Made by a program: the position numbers and the translations under genes. The notes under the pieces are model-generated. The model was not told the origin of the DNA. It worked only from the letters and a program-made list of their open reading frames with translations, and did no database searches. 64,000 nt of DNA from Saccostrea cucullata (Eukaryota): assembly GCF_032062105.1 (NCBI RefSeq), contig NW_026925523.1, forward strand, positions 124,001-188,000. Direction: 5' to 3'. Of this stretch, positions 36,301 through 51,300 are shown one piece after another (the first letter of the stretch is position 1; every line of letters starts with the position of its first letter).

Positions 36301-39300
36301 GAGTGATCAAATTGGTGGGTTTTTTCACAGGATCAGTTTTCTTATAAATTGATACCTTTTCTGTTATGGGTCTTTTATTGAAGAGTATGGTATATACTTG
36401 TCTCAGATGTTTGGTACTGAAGAAAAATAGAGGGAGGGTGTGCTTGTGTAGAAAATTTATGGCCCGGACATTCCTCTGTGTAATACAAATTGGTTAGGTT
36501 TTTGTAAGATTGTATAGTTTTATGTAAATGATTGGGAATGGATGAACCACCCAACTTTTCATATGTTTGGCAGGGTTTGTCAGGGTAAATAGTAAGACCA
36601 CTCATTTCCTCCGCATTGTTTTGGGGTGATTAGGCTGCACCTGCAGTTTATAAACCCGATATGCCTATCAAGTGCCTATCAAATACACCAAAAAAATCTT
36701 TCATGACTGCTGAAGGAATCTTTAAATTTAACTGAGGTTTTTGCCCTATTCGTTTTACTTTGGAAAATTCTGTTGCAGTTTCAGCGCACTTGATTTGAAC
36801 CATAGAAATTGCATGTTTAAAATTTTCAATTTTTATTACAAAGTGCATTTTCAAAAATTAGCAAATAGAAATATTGACCAGGCAATAGTGTAAGTGTCAG
36901 AGATATTGACGGGGCTTTAGTCTACGTGTCAGAAATAAGGTGTGTTTTATGTACAGTGTCAATAGAGAAAGGATTAAAAAACTTAAACTCTTTAATAAAT
37001 TGGGGGGAAAGCTGTGATGAAATCCATGCAAAGTTGCATGATTAAAGCCATTAAATGTGTCCTGTCATATTTGTAATATACGTTGCAGAAAATGATAATT
37101 TTAAGCTACCAGATATTGAGTAAGATTCAAGTCTCAAATTTAAAATGTTTGTAAGTATGTGTTGATTTTTGGATTAAAAAAAAGATATTTTAGATAAAAA
37201 TTTATTTTATGCAAAAACCTTATTGAAAATGCTTATGAAAAACAATTAACTATAAATGTGCTGAATATGCAGTGTGTATAATATTACTTTTTATCCTGTT
37301 TACTGTACAGACAAAAGATGTTATAAATCTTAATGTGTGTCTAGTGGTTCGGCATATTGTTGACTTTATATGTGTTGAGAAACCCTTCTGTATCACAGTT
37401 ACCAGCAAAATTTACAGCCCCTCCAAAGAGATTTTTCATGTCTGAATTCTGAGTTCTATTTACAAATTTCCTGATGTTTTAAGACTTGATGTGAATTAAT
37501 GCATAGATTCAGAAGAATTTTTCTCAGCTTGGTGGCAAACTGGAAACTTGAAAATAAAAACAGACTTGTAAAAATTATTTATCGATGGACTCATTTTTTC
37601 TTGTCAAGAATATCAATAAATATATAATTAAGTATTCATTGACTCAACAACACCATGATAATTTTCTCTGAGTAATTTTTGTTTTAAATGATATACATAT
37701 ATAATTTATAATCTATCTATATATCTATAATTTTACGATATATTTATAATATCTAATTGATTTTTTTTTCTTTGCAGAGACATCAGTTCCAATGATCTTC
37801 ACTTCCTAAATGACAGTGTCTTTGAACATCTGACGTCTTTAGAAATTCTGTAAGTAGATATTGTGTCACTAAATCTCCATCGACAAAACAGTATACACAC
37901 ACAGGGGCCTCGTATGATGTGCCGATTTAGTATCCAATAGCCGGTTTGATAGGCTGTTGATACCTTTGTTTTGCGGCTTATTGCAACAGCCATACAGAGA
38001 CAAAATAATCAAAATTCCTGGATATCCCTGCAAACTCTGTCAATGATTGCCATATAAAAAGATAAATGTCTTCTTGACATGGTATTGATAGCAGTTTTGT
38101 GTCGACATTGGTTTTTTAAACTCACAGCTTGTAAATCTACAAGTGTTATAAATTGGCATCTTTAACTGTGAAGGTAGAAAGAGGAGAAAAAATTGAGGTT
38201 ATTGGTGCATGTGTGAAATATTTTGTTATATATATGATGACTCTTGAGATGGGACATTTTTTGTGTGGTCTCCATACTGACGTGATGATGCTCGTTATCA
38301 TTAGCACCTGACAGGTGAAACAATTGTCAGCAAGGCCAAGCAAAAATAGCCATTTGTTTTACGTAAATGGGTGGGGGGGGGATGCTGTATTATAATTGTT
38401 TGTTTCAATTTTTCTTGATAATTCAAGTTCCTTTTTTTTCTTTTCTAGAAAAATCAACCACAACAAACTCAATGAAGTGCCAAAACTCAAAGGACTTGGA
38501 AAGCTGAAAGTTTTAGAATTGTAAGTGATGATGTCTTTGTGAATCAATTATCAACTTCCCATAAAGTAGGGTAGTATTCCTCCATATATGTCTGTTAAAA
38601 AAAGGTTTTATCTCTCGTAAAATGGAGGTAAAATCCTGATAGAATTTATGACAGGTAATAGAAAAAACTTCAAAGGTGTAAAAAACCATATTAACAAAGA
38701 TTGAGAAACACATTTGGTTAATGGGATGCACAATAAAATTCAGTGCAAAGCGATAACATCAATTGTTGCTACCTTGATAAAAATCACATGCAGTGATATA
38801 AAGTTGATGTGTATTGTACAGGTATGCAGAAGTGGCTGGCCAGCCCAATTTATCAGGTATCCTGCCAAAAAAATTAAACCTGCATCGACAGGTGAATGTT
38901 TGGATTGACAGGCGGGGGGTTATCTGAACCGACCAATCCCTGAAGTCGACCAGGGGAGGTCATCCTGAATAAATATAGACATTAGGGGCTGAAATTTTTG
39001 TTTCAGTGTGTGGTCTTTTGTCGCCAACTGTTAAGATATCCTCTTCTGTTGTCGGCTGTTTGTAATACCTTCCTCCCATTTTTTGGCAGAAATATGAGAG
39101 GGACTTTTATCTTGGTGCATGTCATAATTTTATGTGAGAAAGAGAGAGAGAGAGGAGATGGAGAGAGAGAGAGATAAGGGGAAAGGGGAGATTCATACCT
39201 ATATAGCCCTCTTGTACTCCATTGTAGTACTAGATAACAGTTTTTCTTTTCAAAAATACTTTCAGTCTGAAAAAAAAGTTTATATTAAAAAATCCTTTAA

Positions 39301-42300
39301 AAACCTTGATGAGACTGACAACCATATCTGATATCCATAGATTTTCAAATTGATATGATATGAAAATGGAAGGAAAATGTTAGATTTATATTTAGGAGTT
39401 ACAGAGTCGTAAAAGCTGAAATTACAAGCCATTGTTAGTTTGAGAATTGTTTAAAATTGTTATGGCATTCATTTATCTTAGTTAGGCTATAGAGAAGAGT
39501 CGCAAGGGACCATTAAACTATAAGGGAATGTATGGGGTATTGACAGTAATGTTGTAATCCAGGGGGAATAAGCGTGATGAAATGTTGATCATGTGCTGAA
39601 AACTCCTCATAAAGCATTCCCCAGAAATCAATTTCTGCTGGTGCAAATGGCCTGCGTAGGGTTACGTAATGATGCCGAGAACTTGTTTTTTAGGGGGGTA
39701 TGCGGATGTATGGGCAAAACAGATAAGATACAGACACTGGATGTCTGCAATCATTTTTTTTTTTTTGATCTCTGGTGAAAATTGACCATGTGCGAACAGC
39801 TGATGTTGGGAAATAATATTTCATTTATTGTTTATTTTATTACACGGCTTTCAAGTTGAATTTGTTTAGAGTGGGTATGAAAGATGATGATCAAGTTAAT
39901 ATCCACATGCACGTCTTTATCTCAAGAAAAAAATTGTTTTAAGTTTTTCAATGATTAATGAAGATTGTTGAATGAAATATACATATCGATATTCCGATAC
40001 TCTACTTGACATGACCAAAAAGCAAAACGCTGAAAGGTCTGCAGGCATACAGCTTGCATTATCAGGAAGCAGAAAATTTTATCTGTTATATTGTGTAATA
40101 GGGGGTGATGTAATTTCGATGGTGTTTGTAATGATATTCAGATGTTCAAATATTGGCATCATAATTGTCACAGTGTTGTTATAATGAATAAAACAAGGTT
40201 TTATGTTCTAACATTTTCAACTGTTCTGAAGTTTTTAAGCATGTGTACAGATCTTCAGATTGTGAACAGTAAATCATTTTGGAGGCCACAAAAACCATCT
40301 TTGTTTTGTTGTTTTATTTATTGAAGGTTTTCACAGATGAAATTTTCTTTTTCAGAAACCATAACCACATAGGAACCCTGGTCCCGGAGTTCATGATTCA
40401 CATGGTCCAGCTGACGTCCCTAGAGCTGAACCACAACTCACTGACCGACATCATACCAGGGGTGTTCCCGGCCAACAACTCACTTCAAAAACTGTAAGTC
40501 TTCTAGAAATGAACCGCTTATATTCTGTCTTAAACATAATAAAGAGAAGAAAAAAAAAAGTTTTAGAATAAAAAATTTGTCCCAAACTGCGATGGATTTT
40601 TGTTTTTTTTTAAATTGTTGTTCGAACCTTTGCATTTATGGTAAAAATGAGGAAAAGCACGCACTAAATAGAAAACTTAAGAAAATTGAAATTGTACTCT
40701 TTCTGTTTAAAATTATAGATTAATCTCAATCGGATTAGCTCTTTCCCCTTGTTAAAAAATGTGTTAGTGTCAGTAATCAATCCTATGAAATCCCTGGCCC
40801 CATCCTGCTAGACAGTCTCTGAGTTCCTGTTATTGTTTTATATGGTATGTGAGACTGTGGAGACAGAGCTTGTCTGATGGCCTTATGCTGAAGTCTGGTC
40901 TGAACCAGGAGTGAAGGAGGGAAAGGTGCATTAGGTGTGAAGTGTCTGTGAACTACTGTAGGGTGTGAGAAAATATAGCCATACTAATGTCTGGCCGATT
41001 ACATAATGAATATTACAGTACGGTTAAAAAAGCAAAGTGTTATTAGAGGTGTTAAAAGAATGGAAGACTTAAAATTAAAAAAGAGAGAAGGAAATTGATG
41101 AAGTGTTGAAAATCGGAGACGGAAAGTTTGACAAGGAGGTTTGATGAATGTGGAATGCTTCCAGGGCAGGCAGACAGCAAGATTGGGAGGGAGGGTGAAT
41201 TTTTTTTTTAAGTAGGAGGGAGATCGGACTGTCTGGTGTTGGATGTGATATTTCGGCCACATTTCAGACTTTGATTCTGACTGATTACAAAGTGTAGACG
41301 TGTAACAGACGTGTGTTCTCTTGTGTGGCCCCTGTACCCCGAGCCTTCAGACTTAGCACTCAGTCTGCCTTTGATAGGATTTAATATTGACAAATTCTAA
41401 CACCTTGATAATCTGTTCCAAGTTTGATCTTGAAGCACCACAGTAAATATGTTTTACAAGGTGATACATGTACTACAGGTTGTCTTTTGATCATTGGAAA
41501 TCAATGAAGAGGTGCCCGTTTCTTATCGACCCCTCTAGTTACGAAGAACAAATAACCTGAAATTTAATGACACTACAAACAAAAAAAGGGAGCTGGCCTT
41601 GTAAAATTATAGTTATTTTTATAACAGGTTGGGGCCCTTCTGTCATATCTTACCACATCAGAAGTGATATACATAATGTTGGGCTCTGGACAAATGTTGA
41701 ATTTTGATATTTTGTAAGAGGGGCCAGTGCTTTGTGTATTTTGTCTCTATTTTTTAGCATCAAAGCAAATGGTTAATGACATTCAGAAACCGAATCTCTT
41801 AAGATTTTAAGTTTTCATGTCTGTATTGAGTTTTAACTTATTCTCTTTTGACTGGGACAACACCTGTTAATGGCGACTAGAATTAAGTAGAATCTAATTC
41901 ATTAAGGTCCCTTATGCTGACGTTACTGTACCACATTTCCCTGTTGACTGCTAAAAAATAAATCTCCATTCTGATTTACTGTGATTAGAAAATAGCTTTC
42001 TACCATTCTATACCAAATACCATTGCCTTGGGGTTAGAGCACAATGGAAATGATACGATAAATTTGTCGTCCGCAGATTTTAACCTCTCCCGTTTTGAAA
42101 CTTGATGCAGAAGTCCAAACCCTTATTTTTTTCTGTACAATATTTCAAAATGTTTTTTTAAGGCTATCAGATTTTCCTTTATGGAAGGAAAAAGAGTATA
42201 AAAAGAGTTCTTAAAAATATATATAATCTGTAAAATGTCTGGCACTTAAAGAAACGTGTCTAGCAAGTTTCACAAATAACAAAAAGAATTAAAAATAATC

Positions 42301-45300
42301 AGTGGAATCATAAAATTCAATATGATTAATCCCAAGTTATGGAAATGTCTTCTATCGAGTTGACAATTATATAATGAAGGAAAAGTTGAAAAAAATCTTC
42401 CAAAGATCATGAAGTTGAAGAAGAAAAAAAAGTTTCAGGAATGATTCACTGATCACCTCTGACTTTTTTCATTGGGTCTTCAAAAATTATTTTTGTACAT
42501 AGAAGAAATATAGAGAGAAAGAAAAATTTAAAACATTTGATCATTTGAAAATTTGTTTTTCTAGTGTCCTGAATAATAACTACCTGGAGTCTTTCGAGTC
42601 GAACTGCTTTGACAACCTGACATCACTGGAGGTTCTGAAGATCAACAAAAACAAGGTGACCACCATCTCCAGAGATATCTTCAAGAAGCTGACTAACCTG
42701 CAAACTTTGTAAGTAACTTTCATAAGACTCAGGCATCGAACAAGCAAGTCATACATACAAGTCTATTATTCACGTCTTTAAGTCATTGTACGTCTTCATA
42801 GGACTCTGGGTTATAGAAATTTCACACCATCTGTGTACAACTTTCTGAAAAGGAAGTCAAAACTCTTATGAATTTGACATTGTAACATAAGTCATAGATG
42901 CATGGATGTCTATAATAATTCACATCTATAAGTCTGTGCACAGCTTTCTGGAAACTTTTGTAAGACATACTTTGACATTCTTACATGTAAGTCATAGATA
43001 CAGGTCTATAATTCCCATCTATAAGTCTATGTACATGTACAACTTTCTGGTATAAAACAAAATCTGTGGAAATAATTGAGGAAAGGAAAGTTATAGATTA
43101 GAAATTAACTTGGTTTTGGAAAATCTAATGGATGTCTGGTGTTTCATTGCTTAGGTTATGTATTTATAATTTGAAAGGAAAGTTTCTGTGACTAAATTTG
43201 ACTAGAATGGTCTTAATGATTGCTGACATGTCAAAAAGAAAAGAGCATTGGTGACTTGACTTTGCCATAGAGAAGACAATTTAGGGAAAATTGGGGGGAG
43301 AGCAGGACTTAAAATAGATACAGTGGTATTTTAAGAGGAGACTGTAGAGTGATGTGACGGGTCGGGAGATTGAGAGATTGGTCTGGGAGAAGTGGTGACA
43401 GCCGAAATAATTGTCAGGAAAATGGTCTAATTGGGGTCCTAGCTTATTGTGAGTGATGTAATGGATATTTATGAACTTTTAGGAGGTTGGTGATGGAAGG
43501 AAAATTATCCCGGAATAATCATTTGATGATTGAAATGTTGTGTCAGTTAAGTCTAGATGCTGGATTGTTTTTAATATAGGGGGACATTGTTTACAGTATG
43601 TATACATGAAAGATTAACATTTAAATGACAGAAAAATATATATGTTTATTGGTCATAACAATGATGGTGACTGAACTATATGAAATAAGGTTGAAATTTT
43701 TTTCAATTTTATTATGGAATTTTTTGAATGAATGAATTGAAAAAAAAAAATAGAGAAGCAAAAATTGGGAAGATGCTGCTTAAACATACACAGATATGGG
43801 AAATATTTTTTGAGTTGAGGCAGATATGGGAAATATTTTTTAAGTAAAAGAAAAATATAAGGAAACTATCAGTCCCACCTGTTTCAACATTGAGCTGAAC
43901 GATTTCTCCTGCGTTATCCTGTGTTATCGGTGGCTGCATTACAAGAAAATTGGAGTGATTCCATATCACAAATACATTTCATATTCAATAAAAGTCGTTC
44001 TTTGCTCTCCAACACCTGCACTAAGCTGGGAGTCTGGAATCCGTATACAGGGGATCGCCCAGTAGAAGGGTGCTAAAATTACCCCTTAATCAATGGGGAT
44101 GAAAAGCTACCTATCTCTGTAAGCTCCAATTAGGAAGATAACCGAACAGAAAGAAAAATAAAATATAGCAAGGAAAACGATAAAAATTTCAGTCTTTGGA
44201 AAGTGCAGGTAGCAGCTGGGCTGTTTTGACGAGGGTGATTAATTTAGGGGTTAATGAGATAATGATTAATTATAGTAGTTAAACATATTAAGGTTATCAA
44301 AGAACAAAAAAGAAAAACAAATAAATTTATAGATTTTAATCAAAAATTGCATACTATTTGATACAGATTTGTAAAACTTTCTTGAGAAAACCATTAGGGC
44401 CTTGAAATATTTCTTTTAAAAAATATATCTTCTTATAAACTTTGATATTCTGTTGTACTTTTAAAACCAATATGAGGAATTGTAGTCAAATATTCAAATG
44501 ACCACCTTCCGTTTTACAGGGAGATGACAAAGAACAAACTGAAGAGAATTGGTGGACTGACTTTTCAGGATCTGAAGAATCTGAAGACACTGAAGTTGAG
44601 GAAGAATATGATAACAACGATTTCTGATGGAGCGTTCTACGGCCTGGACAAACTTGTCACATTGTAAGTGGGATGGCATTTAGTAACGTCTAGGAGAAAA
44701 AGAGCTGTGTACAGTTAAATATGGATATATAGCAAACATGCTTATAATGAATTCATGCTTACGACAACATAATTTTTAATCCATGTGGTCTTAAAAAGTA
44801 TTGTATTCTAACTAGATATAATGAATTATGTTGACAATGTATCAAAATTGCACATCCCTTGTATAAACAGTGATAGTAGACTTCTGTATTTGAGGTACAA
44901 TGCAGAGACATTGAGAACAATGATACTGAAATGATTTGTCAGATTCCAGGCCAGAGTTTGAATCTGTTACTGCAGGTTTCTTTACCAGTTTATTTTTCTT
45001 TTCTGATTTGTGTAGAATAGTTGGATGTAACTGTAAGTATTGACAAAGTGTGTAGGAGAGAAACATTTGTTTTAGTGATTTGTTATCAGAATGGGGCTCT
45101 GGTATAAGAGAGAGAAGAGAAAGCACAGCGAAAAATCTGAAAATGCTCCCCTCGTAACAAAAGGCAGTGTACAGGCACTGGGAACAGAAGGAAAAATCAT
45201 TACACTGAAAAACAGAGCATCAGAACCCAAGATATATCATCCACATATTGGTTGTCTTTTCAGTATTTTACATGTGTGATTAATGTTAGAGCATTAGTGG

Positions 45301-48300
45301 ATATCTGTATTACGAATTGAGGTTCACAAGTGCTAAGTTTTTAAGGTTTTGGTACAAATAACTAGATAGGAGGAAATTTGTTCTCCTTGTTGCGGAAGTT
45401 AGTTCTTCTACTCGTGCCTGGCTACACTTACGACCAAAAAAACAAACTGTTTACTCGGGCAGGGCATGACTTCCTTCCCTTTAAAAAAAAATGATGAATC
45501 TACCATCTGGCTGAGTTTAATAAGGGTTGATATGAATTTGATATGCGATGCCTGATAATGAATTCCCTTCACACCCAGAGATTTGCGATGAAACCATAAA
45601 AACATATGCTCGTTAGTGGGGCACAGACAAAAACCGGTATTGTGCTGCAAGGCCACGGAGAGAAGAAAAAAGTGAAGAAACGCCAAAAAACTGGGGGAAG
45701 CTTTGCCAACTCGAGGGCAATTCAATATATTATTGTAGAAAGTTGTAGTATACACAACATGTACAAACTCTGCAGTTATTAAGTTAAACAAACTTGAATG
45801 TAATATTGGTTGTTGAGAATATTTAATTTTTTATATGCTGAGAGAGAACCCTCTCTGATCTATGTCTATATAAACAAAAGAAAACGATAAATCAGTTGTA
45901 TAACATGATGTATCAAGGACAATTTGTTTTTTATTTTTAGGCAGTTGGAACATAACAACATGACCCGAGTGACCCAGTCGTGGCTGTATGGGTTAAAAGG
46001 CTTGAGAGAGATGTAAGTGTGTAATATTAATTGATTATAAGGACTTCCTACTTGTACCATAGCTCCATTTATCAATATCCTAAAAACGTCCAACAATTTT
46101 ATCAGCCAGGTATCTGAATGCAATACATTGTATAATAATCTGGTGAAACAAAACATTGTTACTTCTAGTAAAGGATAAGAAAAGTAAATCATTCTTATCT
46201 TAAGACTTGATACAGTCTTGTCCAGAAAAATGGGGAAACTTGGGTACAAAGGGAAAGAAAAACAGAATTATTGAATGTATAGAGATCTTCAGCATGTGGA
46301 AGCTGTCGGAAATGATGGGGAGGATGTTTACAGGCTAACAAGCGGTGTAGGGCCAGTTTGGTGTGTTGACCAGTGTTTATTTGTGATGAACTGACACTAA
46401 TCACTTGATCATTGGTGATGATAGCTTTGTCTGAATGGAAGGCTTCAAGGCAGAAAATACTACCTCAAAGGGAGGCAGTTGTACAGATCTGAGGTGGAAG
46501 CTCAGCTTCTACGGGAAGAAGGGTTTTCTTGGAAGTTTGTCCTTGATTTCTTGGGAAAAAAATGATTAAATTATTAGACTTTTATAAGGTTGTTTTTTGC
46601 GATACGTGTTCAAAACCATGCAAGTTAGAGAAAAAAAAGTGCATAAATGTAAATTACAATAATTTAAATACTTTCTTAAATATGCATATAAAAAAAACTT
46701 GCATGATGTTATATTAATTTGCGTTTATAATTTCATGATTTCTTGGTGATTAAATATTCTGCAGATTTAATTTCATCTGTACTGAGATGATGAATACTTC
46801 CTTTCATTGCATTTTAGAAAGATAATATTTTAAAATATTCCTTTACTTTAAGAAAATTATGCTTGAAACAGTACGAGAGGTTAAGAAAGACAATTATTTT
46901 AATTTATTTTTTGAATAAATATTCTTTCAAAAAAAAAAAAAAAAAGAAATTACATTTGCAAAGATTATACTATCTTTTGAACCACCATGCATCCTTTTTC
47001 TGTGGAGTCCTCTTCATTTTCTTTGGCAACGACTTAAAAACATCTGATCTTCCCTGGAAGTGGCGCGATCTGTCATCAAGCCTGTAATTGACTTGGAAAC
47101 CAGCTAAAAAACTCAAAATCAAATATTATTTTAAACCAGCTGCCTCTTGCTGCTACATTTCACTGATCTCTTCCTTATGGAGTCTTGGTCTCTATCATCT
47201 AGGTTTTCAGTTCTTTTTCATGGGAAATTGAAAAAGGGGGATTGATAATTACAAAGTTTTTTGTTACTGGGGGTATGAATTTTGTGGGGTCTCCTGAATA
47301 TAATTTGAACTTGTTGCTGATTTTTTTTCTTGATTCATTTTGGGAGGGCAAGGAGATTGTGTAAGAAATTAGATTTTATTGATAGGAAGCAGTTCTCTAA
47401 CCTTGTATAATTAGATGCCGTATTTAATATTCAACAATTCAATAAATGGTAGGCCAGCAAGCCAAGTGCTAGGTTTGGTTATTGTAGCATATGCCTGGAA
47501 CACATTGTTATTGAATTAATTTCATGGCTCAGCATTTTCAATATATTTACATCCTCGCTTATTGGCCCCCACTTTCACACCACCACAATGGGGGGACAAA
47601 GGAACGCCACCTTTCACTTGTAAGACGGGGATCCCATGGACAAAAGTTGAATTAATTTTTCAGCATTATGAATTCAGTTGTGAAAGTCTTCATCGACAGA
47701 AATTTCCATTTCAAAAGAGTTTTATGACGGATCCCACACTATACAGGGTTTTATGTTAGGGAAGAAGAAAAAAAAATGAAAGGAAAGAAAGCATTGACTC
47801 TTGTCAAAGAAATAAGCCAGGGAAGAGAAGATATAAGTTGACCTTTCAAGAGTAGAGGTAATGTGCAACTCTAGTTTGCAGGCTCGGTATTTCAGATGAA
47901 GTTTCTTTTTTTGCTGTTGGGCCATGGAAAGAAAAAAAAGTATATCTTCTCATTAAGTAGAGATGATCAGTATTTTTATCGTCTGTGATGCAAACTTATC
48001 AGAAAAATTGGAGCCAGTCTACACTTTTGCAGGAACAGTCAAGAGATAGGGTACCCCAAGTCCTCTCCAACAAAGCTGTATATTGTGTGTAAACTTAATG
48101 AGCCATGAAGTACACTTATTTATTGGTTTTAATTACAAATTAATTAAAATTTCTAGGGAAAATGAAATGATGTGTAGGAAATTTCAAGCATTCTTTGGTG
48201 AAATTTAAGCTTATTGCCAAGAGGTTTCATTTAAACATGATGATAGTACCATATGTACTTTAAAAAGGTAAATAAGTACTTAAAAAAGAAAGAAAAATTC

Positions 48301-51300
48301 TGAAAGAATCCAAAAAAAAAAAAGCAAAAAGAAAAAATCTTGAAAGAAACCAGAAACAAAGCAAAAAGAAAAAAAACCATCATGAACAATTATAAAATGA
48401 AGTTATGAAACAAAGCAAATTGTTTACAGTTTAAATTATGAAATTAAGTAGAATTGAGGTGTCTTGTAAGTATAGCAATTAAATTGTGATAGGGAGAAAG
48501 GCTTATACATTGTCAAATTCTAGTTCTTGCTGTCAGGTGCAGCGTGTGAGAAGGATCTGCAGAGGTTATGTACAGGGCTAATTTGTCCCTCTCTCTGTGT
48601 AGCTCTTATGTCTTTGAACCTACGAAACTCCAACACTTGCAAATGATGTGGTTTTTCTCTCATTCAGTCCACCAATACGCAGAGAGATTTGGAGTACGTA
48701 TCATTCATAATCATGACACAGGTATCATTCATAATCATGACACAGTTCCAAGGAAAGATAAAAATAAATCTACATGCACATTTTTCATGCGGTCTCTCGT
48801 AAAGTTGTAGGCTCGACATGGAAGAATTTTTAATTGTCTCTTTTTCTTTTGCTTGGTTTTATTTTCTTAATCTGGTCGTTTTTCTTTCATTGTGTTTTAT
48901 TTATAACAAACTTTGGAGATGTTTATGTTTTATGGGTCAAAGGAGTTAACCTCTTGGCATTTATGAAAAGATTTTTTTTTTTTCGTTTTTGTTTGGAATG
49001 GCCATGGAAAGAAGATACAAGATGTAGAGGCCTGTTTTTGAAGATAAAACAAACTTGTATAACTAGGTTGTTTACATTAAGTGCTTAAACATTTAGGGAA
49101 ATGATTATAAACACTTCTTTTATTATGATTTACCTTCAAGAACTTTGCCCATTTAACAATGGGTAACAAATGTATGAACTTTGGATACTTTTGAAAAAAA
49201 AAAATTGTTTAGAATATAATTTTATTTATGTCAGGGAAACTATTTTATCAGAGCAGAGTGTGAAGAATATCTCCAATCTCTCTCCGCCAAAAAAAATGTA
49301 TAAGCTTGTGCGGTGATCTGTGAACTCAGAGGTCGAAAGTGAGATTTGTGCACAAATGCAAACTGTTGAGAATCGTAGATTACCCCCCAGCTGAAACTGT
49401 GTATTCTATTTCACCGCCCGTCATCTGAACAAATTTGATTAGGGAAGGGGATCTAGTCTGAGAAAACGTCTGATAATTTCTGACAGGGAGGATAACGACA
49501 TTTCCAGGTGTCGAAAATATAAAAAAAAATATTGATGGAATTCGCAGGCTGCGAGACCCTATCTCGCTTCTCTTGTTTTCACAAAAAGTATTTTGCCAGG
49601 TGTGCTAGTCTCAGAATTTGGGAGGAAATTTCTTCTTTTCTTTTTTCTCAGACATTTTTCATCTGCCGATTTTATTTTTTTGTGTTTTTCAAGATTTGGG
49701 TGGGATCCGAATTGGAGGTTTCCGCAAATATTACCCTTATATTTGAAACAAACCGATAATTTTTTTGAATTATGAAAGTATTGGGTGGGACCAGAATTGG
49801 AGGTCTTCCGCAAATATTACCCCTATATTTGATCTAGTCTGAAACAAACTTCAGTAATTACAGTCATTAATATAATTACATATTCTGTGAACCTGTACAA
49901 ATACAATTTGTCACATCTGCTCTGACGAAAAGTTGTTCCCATGAAATTTGATTTCGATTCACATTGGATTTAAATACAAGTCCGTGATTCCTAAATCCCG
50001 CGAGGTCAATAATTAAGAGATATAAAAATCGCGGGAGAACGATCACTCCCTGTTTACATAATTTCTCTATTAAGATGCATAAGGCTGCTTGCGAGCATGA
50101 AATTTAAACCCATCTTTTCGGAATACTTGATATGTGTGACAGTTTTCTATGAAACTTGACACCCAGAATTGTACGAGGAGAAAGGAAAGCTTGTCCATAC
50201 CACTCATTTACTCTCTACTTAATATGTAAATAGACCCCTCTAACCATATTTACGACTTTATGGTTAACATTATAGGTCCGATCATCTTTTTTTATCTTCT
50301 CCCGAGTATATTATTCCCTAGATGTATAAATAAATTAGGACACCCACAAATGATCTAAAAAAAAATGCATAACATTTTGTGGGTTTTAAAGTTGTTCCAA
50401 CTTGTGCATATATATATGAAATTGTACATGATGGTTGGATAAAATTATTCTGTAATAATTTAATATTCAATTGACCAATTTAATAGACAGTGTTGTAACA
50501 TGTATAAGGGCTGCATATATACTTTATTGCATTGATTTTGAAAAAAATATATCGTTGATTTTAATAGTTTGAATATTATTCACATGATTTCGAAATGTGA
50601 AGGTGATAAAGTCTTAAAAAAAATTAGAAAGTAAATATTCATTTTGTTGTTTTTTTTTCTCAGAAATCTTGCACACAACAAGATCAAGACAATAGATCCC
50701 GAGGCATGGCAGGGCTGTGTTTCAATTGATACAATGTAAGTATTTATTTTAAAAAAATTGTCAACAGAATTTGCTTATAACCAAAAAATGATTTTTAAAA
50801 AAGATGCACTTCCAGAAAGGGTAAGCTTCTTGTTCAAAGCTTTTATCCCTTTTGAATAGAAGTTGGAATGAAAAAAAGAAAAATACATTTTCTAGAGGGA
50901 AATTGTTTGCACCAGCTGCATTAGGATAATAACGAGTCAGGGTTGGGGGAAATGACATTATATTAAATCCCTCTTAGTTGTATAATTTGTGTAATTTCTG
51001 AATTTGAATTGGTAGCCGAAATTCAAATTTCAATCTTGTAAACTTATTCTCAACTCTTAAAAAAGAAATCAAGGAATTCAATAAGATGGCAACATTTGGT
51101 ATAATTTTTGTTTAGGCCTATCAATAGAGAATTTGAATTTCAAACATGCCTGTATACCAACTTTTCTATCCCGGCTCATATTAGCATAAAACGGTCATTG
51201 AAAATAAGGGTCCTAAATCCATGTAGAGTGATTCACTGAGAGAGCCAGAGAAAAAAATGTCCTCGGAAATTACTTTTCCATTTGCCAATTTAAATTAAGG

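Noticed and set aside
37089-37150. Hidden extra exon in intron 2 (cag...gtaagt)
   Set aside because: 62 nt would break the frame, there is no LRR pattern and the polypyrimidine tract is weak.
44710-44835. Mariner-type MITE in intron 7
   Set aside because: The left end looks like a known type, but no matching right TIR was found; too degraded to call.
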